Below, in pieces: positions 1 through 10,996 of a stretch of 64,000 nt of DNA (its first letter is position 1; each line of letters begins with the position of its first letter). This DNA comes from Streptomyces humicola (GTDB lineage Bacteria > Actinomycetota > Actinomycetes > Streptomycetales > Streptomycetaceae): the NCBI RefSeq assembly GCF_024436035.1, contig NZ_JANFNG010000001.1, positions 15,689-79,688 on the forward strand, read 5' to 3'. The notes below the pieces were generated by a model. It did no database searches and was not told where the DNA came from. It saw only the letters and a list, made by a program, of their open reading frames with translations. The position numbers and the translations under genes are program-made.

Positions 1-549
1 CACCCAGTGGTAGACGAACAGGTGTGGCAGGTAGTCACCGTTGAGTGGCTCGTCAACGGTCCAGCCGACTTCGACGGTTGACTGCTGTGCGCTGTCCTGC
101 AGGGCCAGCTCCTGGAGCGAATGCTCGCCGTTCTGTGTGGGATCGACCACCGGATCGCCGACCAGCATGTCCACGCTTGCTCCGGCGGTGTCAGTCTGCT
201 GGCGGCCGTAGACGTAGTCGTAGCAGGCATCGAACCAGCAGATCGGGTGTTCACTGCCCGAGGCGGCGGCTCTGGCCACGGGCGGAACCGTCGGAGTCAC
301 CCCGGAGACGGCCGCCTGGGCGGGCGGACCTGTCAGCAGTGCGGCGACGGTGGCCACGGCCCCGAGGCCGGCTATGAGTGGGGCGCGCATGCGCATGAGC
401 TCTCCCCTCGTGGATGGCACGACGGTGATTGACGTAAGTAGCAATGTAAGAGCGATTACGCGATGACTTAACATAGGGTGGCGTGAGCGCGGAGGGCAAT
501 GGCCCGTCAGGAAGTAATCTGGCGGTAACTCCCGCCAGATGGAGGGGAC

Positions 550-1974
550 TTGGTGGCGACAGGCGAGGGGCCGGTCAGGTTGGATGAGGGAAGGGCGATC
601 GGGGCACGTGTCCAGAAGCTCCGTATTCAGCGGAAGCTGACTCAGCGCCAGTTGGCCGAGCCCAAGTACACGGCTGCCTACGTATCCACGCTGGAGGCCG
701 GCAAGGTCCGCCCATCGGAGACCGCCCTGCGTTACCTGGCCGACAGGCTGGGCACCAGCTACGAGCAGTTGGTCACCGGCATTCCGGCCGAGTTGCGGAC
801 GGAGCTGCGCGAGGGTCTGGCCGAGGCCCGCACTCTCATGAGCCAGGGATCAGAGCCGCACCGCGTCGAGGGCCTTCTCAGCCGTCTGCTCGTGCGGGCA
901 GAGCAGTACAATCTCGCCGATCTGCAGGCCGACCTGCACGTCGCGCTGGGTGACCAGCGGATCAATCAGGGTGAACTTGCCGAAGCCCGCGAGCATTTCG
1001 AACGGGCTGAGCGGCTGCTCGGGGACGAGCCTCTGCCCCGCCGGGTCCCGGCGCTGCGGGGCGTGGCCAGAGCCCACCACCTGGCTGGAGAGCTCCGATA
1101 CGCCTGCTACCGGCTGGAGAGCGGCATCGACGAGCTGAACGGTACCGGACTGCCCGACCCGGAGGCACTGCTGCTGCTCTACACCGCCGTGATCACCCCC
1201 TACCTGGACATGGGCTCTTTCGAACGTGCTGGCAAGGCCGCCGCCCTTGCGCTCGAACTGGCACCCCAAGTTCGGGATCCGGTCGCGGTCGCCGCGCTGC
1301 ACCGCTCGGTGGCCCGCACCCTGGCTGCTCAGGGTCGTTTTGAGGATGCCGAGACGTACCTGCTCCGCGCCCAATCGGTTTATCAGCAGTGGGAGATCCG
1401 CGCTGACCTCGCGCACTGCCATTGGATGCGCGGCTATCTGCACACCCAGCACGGCCTGTTGGCCGAGGCCGAGGACGAACTCCGGGCAGCAGGCGACATG
1501 CTCCGGGAGACGGGCGCCGAGCTCTACGCCGTGCAGGTCGAGGTCGAACTCGCCGACGTGCGATGGCGGCGCGGCCGGGCTGCGGACGCCGAGGAACTTC
1601 TCACCGCGCTGCTGGGCGGCCTTGGGCCGGGGCATGGCGCGGTGCATGCCGCCGCCGCGCACCGCCTTCTCGGGATGATCCGGGAGCAGCACGGTGACGA
1701 CGAGGCGGCCGAGCGCCACTACCAGGCCGCCGTACTGCTCCAGGAGGAGGCGGACGTCACCGGAGATCTTGCCGACACCTCCCGGCTGCTGGGGGATCTG
1801 CTGTACCGCCGAGGCCGCACCGATGAAGCGGTGGAGGCATACCGTCACGGGTTGACCCGCCTCGCAAGGCCGGGAACCACCACGCTAGGCCCGTCCCCGG
1901 CGACCCCGCCCATCGCGACCCCGCCCCTGAGCGGTGGCCGGTCGGACCGGAGCAGCCCGGACTTGAACGGCTGA
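550..1974 (+). CDS. XRE-family HTH transcriptional regulator with C-terminal TPR-like repeats
   Basis: N-terminal HTH_XRE motif (LTQRQLAEPKYTAAYVSTLEAGKVRPSETALRYLADRLG). Long alpha-helical repeat region follows, typical of Streptomyces XRE-TPR regulators. Confidence 0.7.
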   Translation: MVATGEGPVRLDEGRAIGARVQKLRIQRKLTQRQLAEPKYTAAYVSTLEAGKVRPSETALRYLADRLGTSYEQLVTGIPAELRTELREGLAEARTLMSQGSEPHRVEGLLSRLLVRAEQYNLADLQADLHVALGDQRINQGELAEAREHFERAERLLGDEPLPRRVPALRGVARAHHLAGELRYACYRLESGIDELNGTGLPDPEALLLLYTAVITPYLDMGSFERAGKAAALALELAPQVRDPVAVAALHRSVARTLAAQGRFEDAETYLLRAQSVYQQWEIRADLAHCHWMRGYLHTQHGLLAEAEDELRAAGDMLRETGAELYAVQVEVELADVRWRRGRAADAEELLTALLGGLGPGHGAVHAAAAHRLLGMIREQHGDDEAAERHYQAAVLLQEEADVTGDLADTSRLLGDLLYRRGRTDEAVEAYRHGLTRLARPGTTTLGPSPATPPIATPPLSGGRSDRSSPDLNG

Positions 1975-2394
1975 TGACGCCCCGCCGGGCTGCAGGCTTG
2001 GCTTACGGCCGCTGTACCGGACGGAGCGCGTGCCATCGGCCCGCTCCGCCCCAGAGCGATTGCGTGCCGCGTCGTGGGACTGCCCGTGTGTCCCGAGTCG
2101 TCGATGCGCTGCCGATGGCCATCCCGGTTGCCGCCGGTCAGCGCGACGGCGAGCGGGTGCCACGCGCGCTGTATTCGCCGTTAGCTCGTGACCACGACAA
2201 AGTCCCAGGCGCGTCCGGCCCTGCGAGCCGTGGCCAGTTCCAAAAGGACCCAGGGCAGGAAGGGGCGGATGACGCCAGGCTCGGGATTCCCCCTGATCAG
2301 GGGCGGCAGGGCCGCGACGGATGCGACACTCCAATTGCGACATGTCGAAACTAGAAGCTCCGCGCTCAACATGTCAACAGTGGAATGTAGAATC

Positions 2395-3012
2395 ATGGTC
2401 ATGACCCTTCGACACGCGATGCTCGGACTGCTGGCCAACGGCCCGGCCAGCGGGTACGACCTGCTGAAGACCTTCGACCTGTCGCTGGCCAACGTCTGGC
2501 CGGCCACGCAGAGCCAGGTCTACACAGAGCTCGGCAAGCTCGCCGACAGCGGGCTGATCACGGTCTCCGCCGAAGGGCCGCGCGGCCGCAAGGAGTACAC
2601 GATCACCGACGAAGGCCGCGCCGAACTGCGCCACTGGCTGACCGAGGTGGAACCGGAACTGCCGGGCCGCAATGGCGCCCTGCTGCGGGTCTTCTTCCTC
2701 GACCAGGTCGAGCGAAGGGAAGCACTCGGCTACCTCGGGGGCCGGGCGGAGCGGGCGGCCGAGGAGCACGCCAGGCTCACCGCCCTGCGCGAGGCCCTGA
2801 CCGGCGAGGGCGAGAGCGGCCCGCTGACGACACACGGGCTGCTCGCCCTGGAGTACGGGATCCGGTTCACGGCGATGATCGAGGAGTGGGCCCGCTGGGC
2901 GGCGGACCAGCTCAACCAGGTGGAGCACGTCGGGGACCCGGCCGACTCGCCGGCGCAGCCCCCCGCCCCCGCGGACTCCACACCAACCGCACCCAGCGGA
3001 ATCCCGATGTGA
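2395..3012 (+). CDS. PadR family transcriptional regulator
   Basis: Winged-helix PadR signature (AMLGLLANGPASGYDLLKTF...VYTELGKLADSGLI). The ATG at 2395 sits inside the longer ORF-track frame. Confidence 0.75.
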   Translation: MVMTLRHAMLGLLANGPASGYDLLKTFDLSLANVWPATQSQVYTELGKLADSGLITVSAEGPRGRKEYTITDEGRAELRHWLTEVEPELPGRNGALLRVFFLDQVERREALGYLGGRAERAAEEHARLTALREALTGEGESGPLTTHGLLALEYGIRFTAMIEEWARWAADQLNQVEHVGDPADSPAQPPAPADSTPTAPSGIPM

Positions 3013-3569
3013 TCAGCGGCCGATCGCCATCGGGGACGCCGGCACCCGAACTCCGGGGCTGGTCTTATTCCTGACAGCGTGCCGGTCCATGATTGTCGCG
3101 GGGCATGCGAGTCCGAAGGACGCCGAGGCGGCGGTTCCCTGGCCGGCGGACCCGTCCCGTACCGACCATGCGGCGCGTGTCTGCCGCTGACAGTTTCACG
3201 GTCTCCAGGGACGCCCAGGGTGAATGCGGGTGTGCGAGAGCTTCTCCCGTCTGCCGCAGGTGGTCGTCGGTCAACGCCGCGCTGCGAGAACTCCGGGAAG
3301 AGCCAGGCGGCGTGAGCCCTGCGGGGCAGTAACGGCGGCGACGTCGCCGCGAGCCATCCGGTCCGTGACGGACTGAACGCTCCCTGTGTCACCACCATTT
3401 GAAGACTGCCACACCTCTTGACGCTCCATCGCTTCACGAGTTGAATCACGGCGCGAACTAAGCCGTACATGAAGGCCGCCTTGAAGCGCCGTTCGCGCTC
3501 AGTCGGCCAGACCCATATTTCCGCCCACTCCCGCCCCCACATCCGGCTCCACTCCGGAAGGGAGATCCC

Positions 3570-5246
3570 ATGGCACCGCCCCTCCCCGGTCGGCACCGCC
3601 AACGCCGCCCTCGTCGGCTCATAGCCGCGTTCGCGTCCGCAGTCCTGGCGTCCGCGGGCCTGCTACTCGCCGGCCCGAGCATCCTCGCGCATGCCGGCGC
3701 CGTCACCGTCAGGACTGCCGCCCCGGGCTCCCCGGCCGCCGGCGAGCCGGTGAACATCTGGCTTACCAGCACAGACGATTCCGCGGGACGGCACGTCACC
3801 CGCGGTCTGGAACAGCAGACACCGATATCGTTCTCCTCCGGAACGGGCAGCGCCGGGCAGACGGTGACGGTCGACGAGAACACCCGGTACCAGCAGTTCA
3901 CCGGTGGCGGGGCGTCGTTCACCGACACCGCGGCGTGGCTGATGAACAGCAGCGGCGCGCTCAGCCCGGGCATCCGCAACCAGGTGATGCAGAAGCTGTT
4001 CGACCCCAAGTCGGGGATCGGTCTGGACTTCCTGCGCAATCCGATGGGCGCGTCCGACCTCGCGCGGTACGACTACACCTTCGACGACATGCCCGCAGGC
4101 CAAGCCGACCCGAACCTCGCCCATTTCTCTATCCAGCACGACCTCACCGACGTGCTGCCGCTCACCAAGCAGGCCGAGCAACTGAATCCGGAACTGAAGG
4201 TGCTGGGCACGCCCTGGACCGCCCCCGCATGGATGAAGGACAACGATGCCATGGACCAGGGGTGGCTGCAGGCCCAGTACTACGCGGCGTACGCCCAGTA
4301 CTTCGTGAAGTACATCCAGGCCTACCAGGCCCAGGGCGTGCACATCGACTACGTGACGCCGCAGAATGAGCCGACCTGCTGCTCGGGCTACCCCTCGATG
4401 CAGTGGAACGGATCAGGTCTCCACTACTTCACTGGCACGGACCTGCTGCCGGCGCTGCACGCCGCGGGACTGTCGACCAAGGTACTGGTGCTCGACTGGA
4501 ACTGGGACAGCTACGACTCCTACGGCGCCCCGACCGTCGACGACGCGGCCATCCGCAACGACCCCCTCTTCGGCGGCATCGCCTGGCACGGCTACAGCGG
4601 CGACGTCTCCGAGCAGACGACGGTCCACAACAAGTATCCGAGCGTCGATGCGTACGACACCGAGCACTCCGGCGGTACCTGGATCGCCAACCAGCAGCAG
4701 GAGGACATGAACAACATCATCGACTACACCCGCAACTGGGGTAAGTCGGTGGTCAAGTGGTCGCTCGCCGTCGACCAGAACATGGGCCCGCACAACGGCG
4801 GCTGCGGCACCTGCACCGGCCTGATCACCGTGCACAACGGCGACAGCCGCAGCGGCCAGGTCGACTACACCATCGAGTACTACGACATGGGACAGCTGAC
4901 CAAGTTCGTGAAGCCGGGCGCATACCGCATCGACTCAACCGCCAACTCGACCATTTCGAACGTCGCGTGGCTCAACCCCGACGGCTCCAAGGCGCTCATC
5001 GCGTACAACGGCAGCGGCTCCGCACAGCAGTTCACGGTGAACTGGGTAGGCCAGACCTTCACGTACTCGATCCCCGCGCAGACGTCGGCGACCTTCACCT
5101 GGACCGGGTCACAAGGCAATCAGGCATCGGGTGCCCACGCGGCGGGTCTCCATCTCTCCTCCGGCGCCTCCGCCCAAGGCACGCACACCGCGTCGTTCCT
5201 CCCTGCCGTCGTTCCCACCCGGCACACGCGTCTCACCCTCAGCTGA
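3570..5246 (+). CDS. secreted glycoside hydrolase family 30 (beta-1,6-glucanase / glucosylceramidase-like)
   Basis: Signal peptide is present. GH30 motifs QQFTGGGASFTD, TPWTAPAWMK and TPQNEP (catalytic Glu). Confidence 0.75.
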   Translation: MAPPLPGRHRQRRPRRLIAAFASAVLASAGLLLAGPSILAHAGAVTVRTAAPGSPAAGEPVNIWLTSTDDSAGRHVTRGLEQQTPISFSSGTGSAGQTVTVDENTRYQQFTGGGASFTDTAAWLMNSSGALSPGIRNQVMQKLFDPKSGIGLDFLRNPMGASDLARYDYTFDDMPAGQADPNLAHFSIQHDLTDVLPLTKQAEQLNPELKVLGTPWTAPAWMKDNDAMDQGWLQAQYYAAYAQYFVKYIQAYQAQGVHIDYVTPQNEPTCCSGYPSMQWNGSGLHYFTGTDLLPALHAAGLSTKVLVLDWNWDSYDSYGAPTVDDAAIRNDPLFGGIAWHGYSGDVSEQTTVHNKYPSVDAYDTEHSGGTWIANQQQEDMNNIIDYTRNWGKSVVKWSLAVDQNMGPHNGGCGTCTGLITVHNGDSRSGQVDYTIEYYDMGQLTKFVKPGAYRIDSTANSTISNVAWLNPDGSKALIAYNGSGSAQQFTVNWVGQTFTYSIPAQTSATFTWTGSQGNQASGAHAAGLHLSSGASAQGTHTASFLPAVVPTRHTRLTLS

Positions 5247-5321
5247 CGTGAGGCCGGCCTCCCCCCACACACACGGGGCCGGCGTCACGTCCCCATCCCC
5301 CCACACCACAGGAGTCCGTTC

Positions 5322-6224
5322 ATGCCGCGTTCATCCCTCCTCCGCCGTTCCCGCGTCGGCGCCACTGTGGCCGCCGCCCTGCTCACCACCGGCTGGACCC
5401 TCGCCACCACCTCGTCGGCCGACGGCGCCCAGGTCAAGCCGTCGGCGCCGGCCGCCACGACCACCTTCTCCGACGATTTCAACGGCCCGGCGGGCAGCGC
5501 GGTCGACTCGAGCAAGTGGCGGTACGAAACCGGCGACAACGTCAACAATCACGAGCGGGAGTACTACACCTCGGGCACGAACAACGCGGCGCTCGACGGC
5601 CAGGGCGATCTCGTCATCACCGTGCGCAAGGAGAACCCGGCCAACTATCAGTGCTGGTACGGATCATGCCAGTACACCTCCGCGCGGCTCAGCACCGCGC
5701 AGACCTTCACCCAGGCGTACGGCCACTTCGAAGCGCGGATGAAGATCCCGCGCGGCCAGGGCATGTGGCCTGCCTTCTGGATGCTCGGTGACGACATCGG
5801 CAGCGTGGGCTGGCCGAACTGCGGCGAGATCGACATCATGGAGAACATCGGCAAGGAGCCCGGCACCGTGCACGGCACCATCCACGGACCGGGCTACTCC
5901 GGCTCCAACGGCCTCGGCGCCGCCTACACGCTGCCGAATGGCCAAGCCTTCGCAGACGGCTTCCACACCTTCGCCGTCGACTGGTCGCCGAACTCGGTCT
6001 CGTTCTCGGTGGACGGCAACGTATACGAGACCCGTACCCCAGCGGACGTGGGCAGCAACAAGTGGGTCTTCGACCACCCCTTCTACATCATCCTCAACCT
6101 TGCCGTCGGCGGTTACTGGCCGGGCGACCCCGACAGCAGTACGCAGTTCCCGCAGCAACTCGTCGTGGATTACGTGCACGTCACCAGCGGGAAAAGCGCG
6201 GCCGCCGTACGCGCGCACGGCTGA
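5322..6224 (+). CDS. secreted glycoside hydrolase family 16 (endo-beta-1,3-glucanase / laminarinase)
   Basis: Signal peptide is present. Canonical GH16 catalytic motif GEIDIMENIG. Confidence 0.8.
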   Translation: MPRSSLLRRSRVGATVAAALLTTGWTLATTSSADGAQVKPSAPAATTTFSDDFNGPAGSAVDSSKWRYETGDNVNNHEREYYTSGTNNAALDGQGDLVITVRKENPANYQCWYGSCQYTSARLSTAQTFTQAYGHFEARMKIPRGQGMWPAFWMLGDDIGSVGWPNCGEIDIMENIGKEPGTVHGTIHGPGYSGSNGLGAAYTLPNGQAFADGFHTFAVDWSPNSVSFSVDGNVYETRTPADVGSNKWVFDHPFYIILNLAVGGYWPGDPDSSTQFPQQLVVDYVHVTSGKSAAAVRAHG

Positions 6225-6418
6225 GGCTTCCCGCCCGCAGGACGTCAACCATCCACGCCTATGGCCAGACCGGGACCGGGCGGCGTGACGGCGGGCGATC
6301 AGGTCGCGGTGCCGGCCCAACACCGTGTCCGGCTGTACCAACAACCGCATCTGATCGTCCGATGCAACAGCATCTGCGCCGGGAGCCGGTTGTTCGGTGA
6401 GTGCGGCGTTCGCCTCGC

Positions 6419-7405
6419 TCAGTTCCCGTAGGACACGGCCTGGTCGTAGAACGTCTGCACGCTGGGGCCGAAGACCACGCTGTACGAGATGTCCGGGGTG
6501 TCGCCGCCCTCCTCGTAGCCGCCGATGACTCCAATGATCGTGCCCGGGCTGCCTCCGACGAGCCACGGGCTGCCGCTGGTGCCGCCGGTGAACCCGGTGC
6601 ATGCGATCTCCAGTTGTGTGCTGCTGAAGGCGGAGATGCTGTTCGTGCACGTGATGGGTTCCTCGGAGGTCTCCGGGTAGCCGGTGATGGTGACCGGGGC
6701 GGCCGTGCCCTGGTCGATGCCGAGGGCGTAGCCGCCGGTCACCGATTGGATGTCGCGGCCGTTGAGGGGTGTCACTACGGCGAAGGCAACGTCGTAGTCC
6801 TGGTCGGAGTCCTGGGACCACTGCGCGGGGACGATGACGCGTTCCAGGTGCCAGACCCCGTAGGGGGCCACGCCGTCGTGGTATCCGGGGACGAAGACAT
6901 CGGACGTCGACTCCAGGCAGTGCGCCGCCGTCACGATCAGGTCCTTGCCGGGACTGTCCACCACGCTGGCCGTGCAGTGGTGAGGTCCGCTCAGTCCGTC
7001 GCTGAACACTGCGCCCGTCTGCGGGGCCGTCTGGGAGGGCGGGACCGTCCGCGAGACGCCCGTCGGCCACGTTGGTGAAGGGGAGGTGGCAGGAGTGGTC
7101 GCCGGGGCCGACGCGGGCGCCGGGGGGTGGTGCGAGGCGGTCGCAGTCTGGGCAGCGTGCACCGGTGAGGGGCCAGGCGTCGCGGACGCGGTCGGCCTGC
7201 CCGGGGACCGGGGCCGCGGGGTGGCGCTGGATGACGGCCGGGGTATGCCGGTCGGGGACGGGAGGTTCGCGGCGGTGGGTTCGAGGGCCTGGCTGGCCGC
7301 GGCGCCGCCGGTGATCAACAGGGCGAACGCCGTGAGTAACACGGTGCCCCGGAGCGGACGCCGCCTCCCGGCATGCCTGTCGCGTCCCAACTGCCCATGC
7401 TTCAT
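6419..7405 (-). CDS. secreted trypsin-like serine protease (S1 family) with Pro/Ala-rich linker
   Basis: Signal peptide, His motif TAAHC, Ser motif GGTSGSPW. Confidence 0.65.
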   Translation of the reverse strand: MKHGQLGRDRHAGRRRPLRGTVLLTAFALLITGGAAASQALEPTAANLPSPTGIPRPSSSATPRPRSPGRPTASATPGPSPVHAAQTATASHHPPAPASAPATTPATSPSPTWPTGVSRTVPPSQTAPQTGAVFSDGLSGPHHCTASVVDSPGKDLIVTAAHCLESTSDVFVPGYHDGVAPYGVWHLERVIVPAQWSQDSDQDYDVAFAVVTPLNGRDIQSVTGGYALGIDQGTAAPVTITGYPETSEEPITCTNSISAFSSTQLEIACTGFTGGTSGSPWLVGGSPGTIIGVIGGYEEGGDTPDISYSVVFGPSVQTFYDQAVSYGN

Positions 7406-7873
7406 CGAGGAGTTCCTTTCCTCTTGCTGCCTGTGCGTTACCCGTGCGGTGATCGCACATGCAGCACGGTCACAGCTGCCGATGAGGTCCTGATGGCAGG
7501 AGGGTGAGAAAGGAATGATTCATGCTGTGAGCGGCGGAAGCGTCTGGTCGAACAGCCAGGCGCGGAAGACGTGGCCCAGGTCCCGCCCCGTGCGGTCGCC
7601 GATGAGTGCGAGGAACTGAGGTGTTCCGGCGCAGCCGTGTCGGTGGCAGTCGGCCCGCTGCGGCAGATCGCGGCGGACTGGACCCTCGGCCAGTACATCG
7701 ACCGCATGCTGCTGGAACTCGGTCCGAGATTCTCCCCGGAGGACGTGTATGTGGCCGAACTGCTCGGCGCGATGCGCTCGACTGCGGCGCGGGCTTGGCT
7801 GACGACCGGGCCGCCGACGGTGGCGGCCCGGTCGTCAGCCAAGCCCGCACGCGCCTGTTCCTTGGCGGTGGTC

Positions 7874-8305
7874 TCAGTCGGGGTCGGTCAGCCTGCGCAG
7901 CAACCGGCCCGCCTCCAGCACCTTCTGCGCGTCCTGCGGCGACAGCGTGCCGAGGCGCTCGGCGAGTGCCCCGGCCTGGCTGTGCGCCACTGTGGACATC
8001 GTCCCTGAACTCGACTCGGTGATGACCACGCGAATGGCACGGCCGTCGGCCGGGTCGGGTTCACGGCGTACCAGCCCCGCGGACTCCAGGCTCGCGACGG
8101 CGGCGGTGACCGTCGGTTGCGAGCACGGGATCCGGTCGGCGATCACGCCGATACGCAAGGGACCGTACTGGGCGAGCAGGGCGAGGACGACGAGCTGGGT
8201 CGGTTGCAGGCGCGGATCAGGCCGCGCCTTGCGCAGGGTGCGCAGGAAGCGGTGCAAGGACACCAGGAGTTCCAGTGCCGCTTCCTCACTGACTGCCGCC
8301 GTCAT
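7874..8305 (-). CDS. MarR family transcriptional regulator
   Basis: MarR winged-helix pattern (PTQLVVLALLAQYGPLRIGVIADRI...PTVTAAVASLESAGLVRRE). Confidence 0.8.
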   Translation of the reverse strand: MTAAVSEEAALELLVSLHRFLRTLRKARPDPRLQPTQLVVLALLAQYGPLRIGVIADRIPCSQPTVTAAVASLESAGLVRREPDPADGRAIRVVITESSSGTMSTVAHSQAGALAERLGTLSPQDAQKVLEAGRLLRRLTDPD

Positions 8306-8331
8306 TCGCTCCTCACACTGCCTCGGTCAGG

Positions 8332-10176
8332 TCAAGCGAGGGTAATCGTAGGCGAGTACAGGTCCATCCACAGCGCGAGATCGAGCGTGCGCTCCAGACC
8401 GTGCCGGGACGCCTGGTGGATCTGCGGAGTGTCGACCTTCACCGCCTGCTCCAGCCATGCGCGGTCGACCAGGTCGAAGACCGGGTGCGAGGGCTTGGCC
8501 AACAGGTCCTTGGCATTGTCTTGCAGCGCCAGGGCGTACTTGGGATCCTGCGTCGAGGGGTACGGGCTCTTGACCCGGTCGTAGACGGACTTGGGCAATA
8601 CGTCCGCGGTGGCCTCGCGCAGCAGGCTCTTCTCCCTGCCGTCGAAGGACTTCAGTGCCCATGGGGTGTTGTAGACGTACTCCACCAGGCGGTGGTCGCA
8701 GAATGGGACCCGGACCTCCAGGCCGACCGCCATGCTGGCGCGGTCCTTGCGGTCGAGCAGGATCCGCACGAAGCGGGTCAGATGCAGGTAGCAGATGACG
8801 CGCATCCGGTACTCGAAGTCGCTCTCGCCGTCGAGGCGTTGGACACCGGAGACCGCCTTGGCGTAGCTGTCGCGGATGTAGCCGCCCAGGTCCAGGGAGT
8901 TGGTGACGGCAGCGGAGAGGATGTTGCCGTCGTCCCCGAAGTGCTGGGCGTACCGCACCAGCCAGGGGAATGTGTCCGCCTTGCGGGCGTCCTCGTCGAA
9001 GAACTGCTTGTAGCCGCCGAAGACCTCGTCCGCAGACTCGCCGGACAGGGCAACCGTTGAGTGCTGACGGATGGCTTTGAAGAGCAGGTAGAGGGAGGCG
9101 TCCATGTCGCCTAGGCCCGCGGGGATGTCACGGGCGCGGATGACCTTGGACCGCACCTCTGGGTCGGCGAGCTGGTCCGAGTCGAGGACGATGTCCTGGT
9201 GCTCGGTGCCGGAGTTGGCGGCGACGGCATGCACGAACGGGGTGTCGGGGGTGCCCCGCAGGTCGTCGGCGACGAAGTTCTCGGTCTGGCCGACGAAGTC
9301 CACCGCGAAACTGCGGACCGTCTTGCCCTCGGCGGCGAGCTGCTGCGCGGCGATCGCGGTCATGGCCGACGAGTCAAGGCCGCCGGAGAGCAGGGTGCAG
9401 CGCGGCACGTCGGCGACGAGCTGGCGGCGCACGATGTCGTCGAGGAGCGTGCGGACGTGCGCGATCGAGGTCTCCTTGTCGTCGGCGTGCTGCTGGGTCT
9501 CGAGCTTCCAGTAGACGTGGGTGCGTATGCCGCTCCGGCCTACAGTCACCACGGTCCCGGGCTCGACCTCGCGCATGCCCTCCCACACGGCGTGACCGGG
9601 CGTCTTGACGAACGCGAACAGCTCGCGCAGACCGTCCAGGGTGACGGTGCGTGCGGCGAGCGGGTTGGCGAGGATCGCCTTGGGCTCGGAGCCGAACAGC
9701 ACCCCATCGTCGGTCGGGTAGTAGTAGAACGGCTTGATGCCCATCCGGTCGCGGATCATGACGAGCTTCTGCTCGCGGCTGTCCCAGATGGCGAACGCAT
9801 ACATCCCGTTGAGGCGGTCGGCGACCGCCTCGCCCCACTCCAGGTAGCCGTGGAGGACCACTTCGGTGTCGGAAGTGGTGGAGAAACGGTGCCCGCGCGC
9901 AGCCAGTTCCTTGCGCAGCTCGGTGAAGTTGTAGGCCTCCCCGGAGTACACCATGGCCACGCTGCCGCCACCGGGGGCTTCGACGGTCATCGGCTGGCGG
10001 CCGCCGGGCAGATCGATGATGGCAAGCCGTCGGTGGCCGAGCGCGGCCGGTCCGTCGACCCAGGTGCCGCGGTCGTCGGGGCCACGGCAGGCCATCGTTT
10101 CGGTCATGGCGTCCACGGCGGCTTGTTCGTTCCGCAGGTCACGCTGGAACGAGACCCATCCGGCGATTCCGCACAT
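8332..10176 (-). CDS. asnB: asparagine synthase (glutamine-hydrolysing)
   Basis: Starts MCGIAGWV (N-terminal nucleophile Cys2). GATase class-II and synthetase domains (SGGLDSS). The start lies inside the longer ORF-track frame. Confidence 0.9.
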   Translation of the reverse strand: MCGIAGWVSFQRDLRNEQAAVDAMTETMACRGPDDRGTWVDGPAALGHRRLAIIDLPGGRQPMTVEAPGGGSVAMVYSGEAYNFTELRKELAARGHRFSTTSDTEVVLHGYLEWGEAVADRLNGMYAFAIWDSREQKLVMIRDRMGIKPFYYYPTDDGVLFGSEPKAILANPLAARTVTLDGLRELFAFVKTPGHAVWEGMREVEPGTVVTVGRSGIRTHVYWKLETQQHADDKETSIAHVRTLLDDIVRRQLVADVPRCTLLSGGLDSSAMTAIAAQQLAAEGKTVRSFAVDFVGQTENFVADDLRGTPDTPFVHAVAANSGTEHQDIVLDSDQLADPEVRSKVIRARDIPAGLGDMDASLYLLFKAIRQHSTVALSGESADEVFGGYKQFFDEDARKADTFPWLVRYAQHFGDDGNILSAAVTNSLDLGGYIRDSYAKAVSGVQRLDGESDFEYRMRVICYLHLTRFVRILLDRKDRASMAVGLEVRVPFCDHRLVEYVYNTPWALKSFDGREKSLLREATADVLPKSVYDRVKSPYPSTQDPKYALALQDNAKDLLAKPSHPVFDLVDRAWLEQAVKVDTPQIHQASRHGLERTLDLALWMDLYSPTITLA

Positions 10177-10529
10177 GTGTCGTCCTCCTACTGCACCGCA
10201 GTGTGTTCGTGTTTCCGTGGCGTTACGACCCCGTTGACGTGCGACGTCTCGTAGCGCCCTCTTCATGGAATGTAATTTGTATCGGGCACCTATGTAATTA
10301 GCATGCGTCCCCCGGCGCTGTTCGTCAACGCCGCTCGACGGCGTCCGAGATCTCGGGGCATGATTTCGGCCAAGCTGCTAAATCCCCCCTGGCCTACGGC
10401 GTGTCGCTGCGCGAGCGCCGTCGACGGGCTCTGCGGGAAACGGGAAACGGGCCGCGGTCCGGGCGCTCGTGCGAAGGGGGTGCGGGCGCGGGAGGGGCTG
10501 GATCTGATCGGCCCGCGCGGGTCCGTACC

Positions 10530-10996
10530 TCCAGATTGGGGCGGCTCATGGCGGGGTGCAGGTAGGCGCGGGCGGCGCTGAGTCGGCGCCCGCGGTGCAC
10601 ATTGCGGTCGAAGGCGGCAAAGCCCTCCTGGCGGTAGCCGTTGACATCGTCGGTCAGCGGGGTGACCCGCCCGCTGCACGGCTTGGAAGAAGGCGCCGTA
10701 CAGCGGGTTGGTGGCCGGTCCACGTTCGAGTACGAGAGGTCCATGATGGCCACGGAAGACCCTCTCTCGTACTGCCAGTCGTAGAGCCGCTTGCCGATGG
10801 GGAAAGTCAGCGCCGCCGGCATGTGGATGAGGACATCCCACCGGTAGTCGGGGCGCCCCGCTTCCAGCACCAGCACCCGGTTAGCGGGGTGGGCACTGAA
10901 CCGCGCCGCCAGTACGCAGCCGGCAGAACCCCCGCCGACGATAATGAAGTCGTCTGCCGCTCCGAAGCCATGGTCTCCTGCCGTAGCTATGGGCAT
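10530..10996 (-). pseudogene. GMC-family oxidoreductase (choline dehydrogenase-like) remnant: internal deletion, two frameshifts, C-terminally truncated
   Basis: FAD motif IIVGGGSAGCVLAARFS runs to YDWQYE. It then jumps to GHHGPLVLERGPATNPL in a second frame and to LTDDVNGYRQEGFAAFDRNV...RPNLEVRTRA in the first frame, then ends. About 70 aa are missing between the blocks. Confidence 0.6.

Noticed and set aside
850-1848. 332-aa minus-strand ORF inside the XRE-TPR regulator gene
   Set aside because: Antisense to a gene with a clear HTH_XRE motif. No motif of its own.
5664-7460. 598-aa minus-strand ORF rich in Arg/Pro/Gly overlapping the GH16 and S1-protease genes
   Set aside because: Arg/Pro-dominated low-complexity translation, typical of an antisense or out-of-frame ORF in 70% GC DNA. 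It overlaps two well-supported genes. No recognisable domain.
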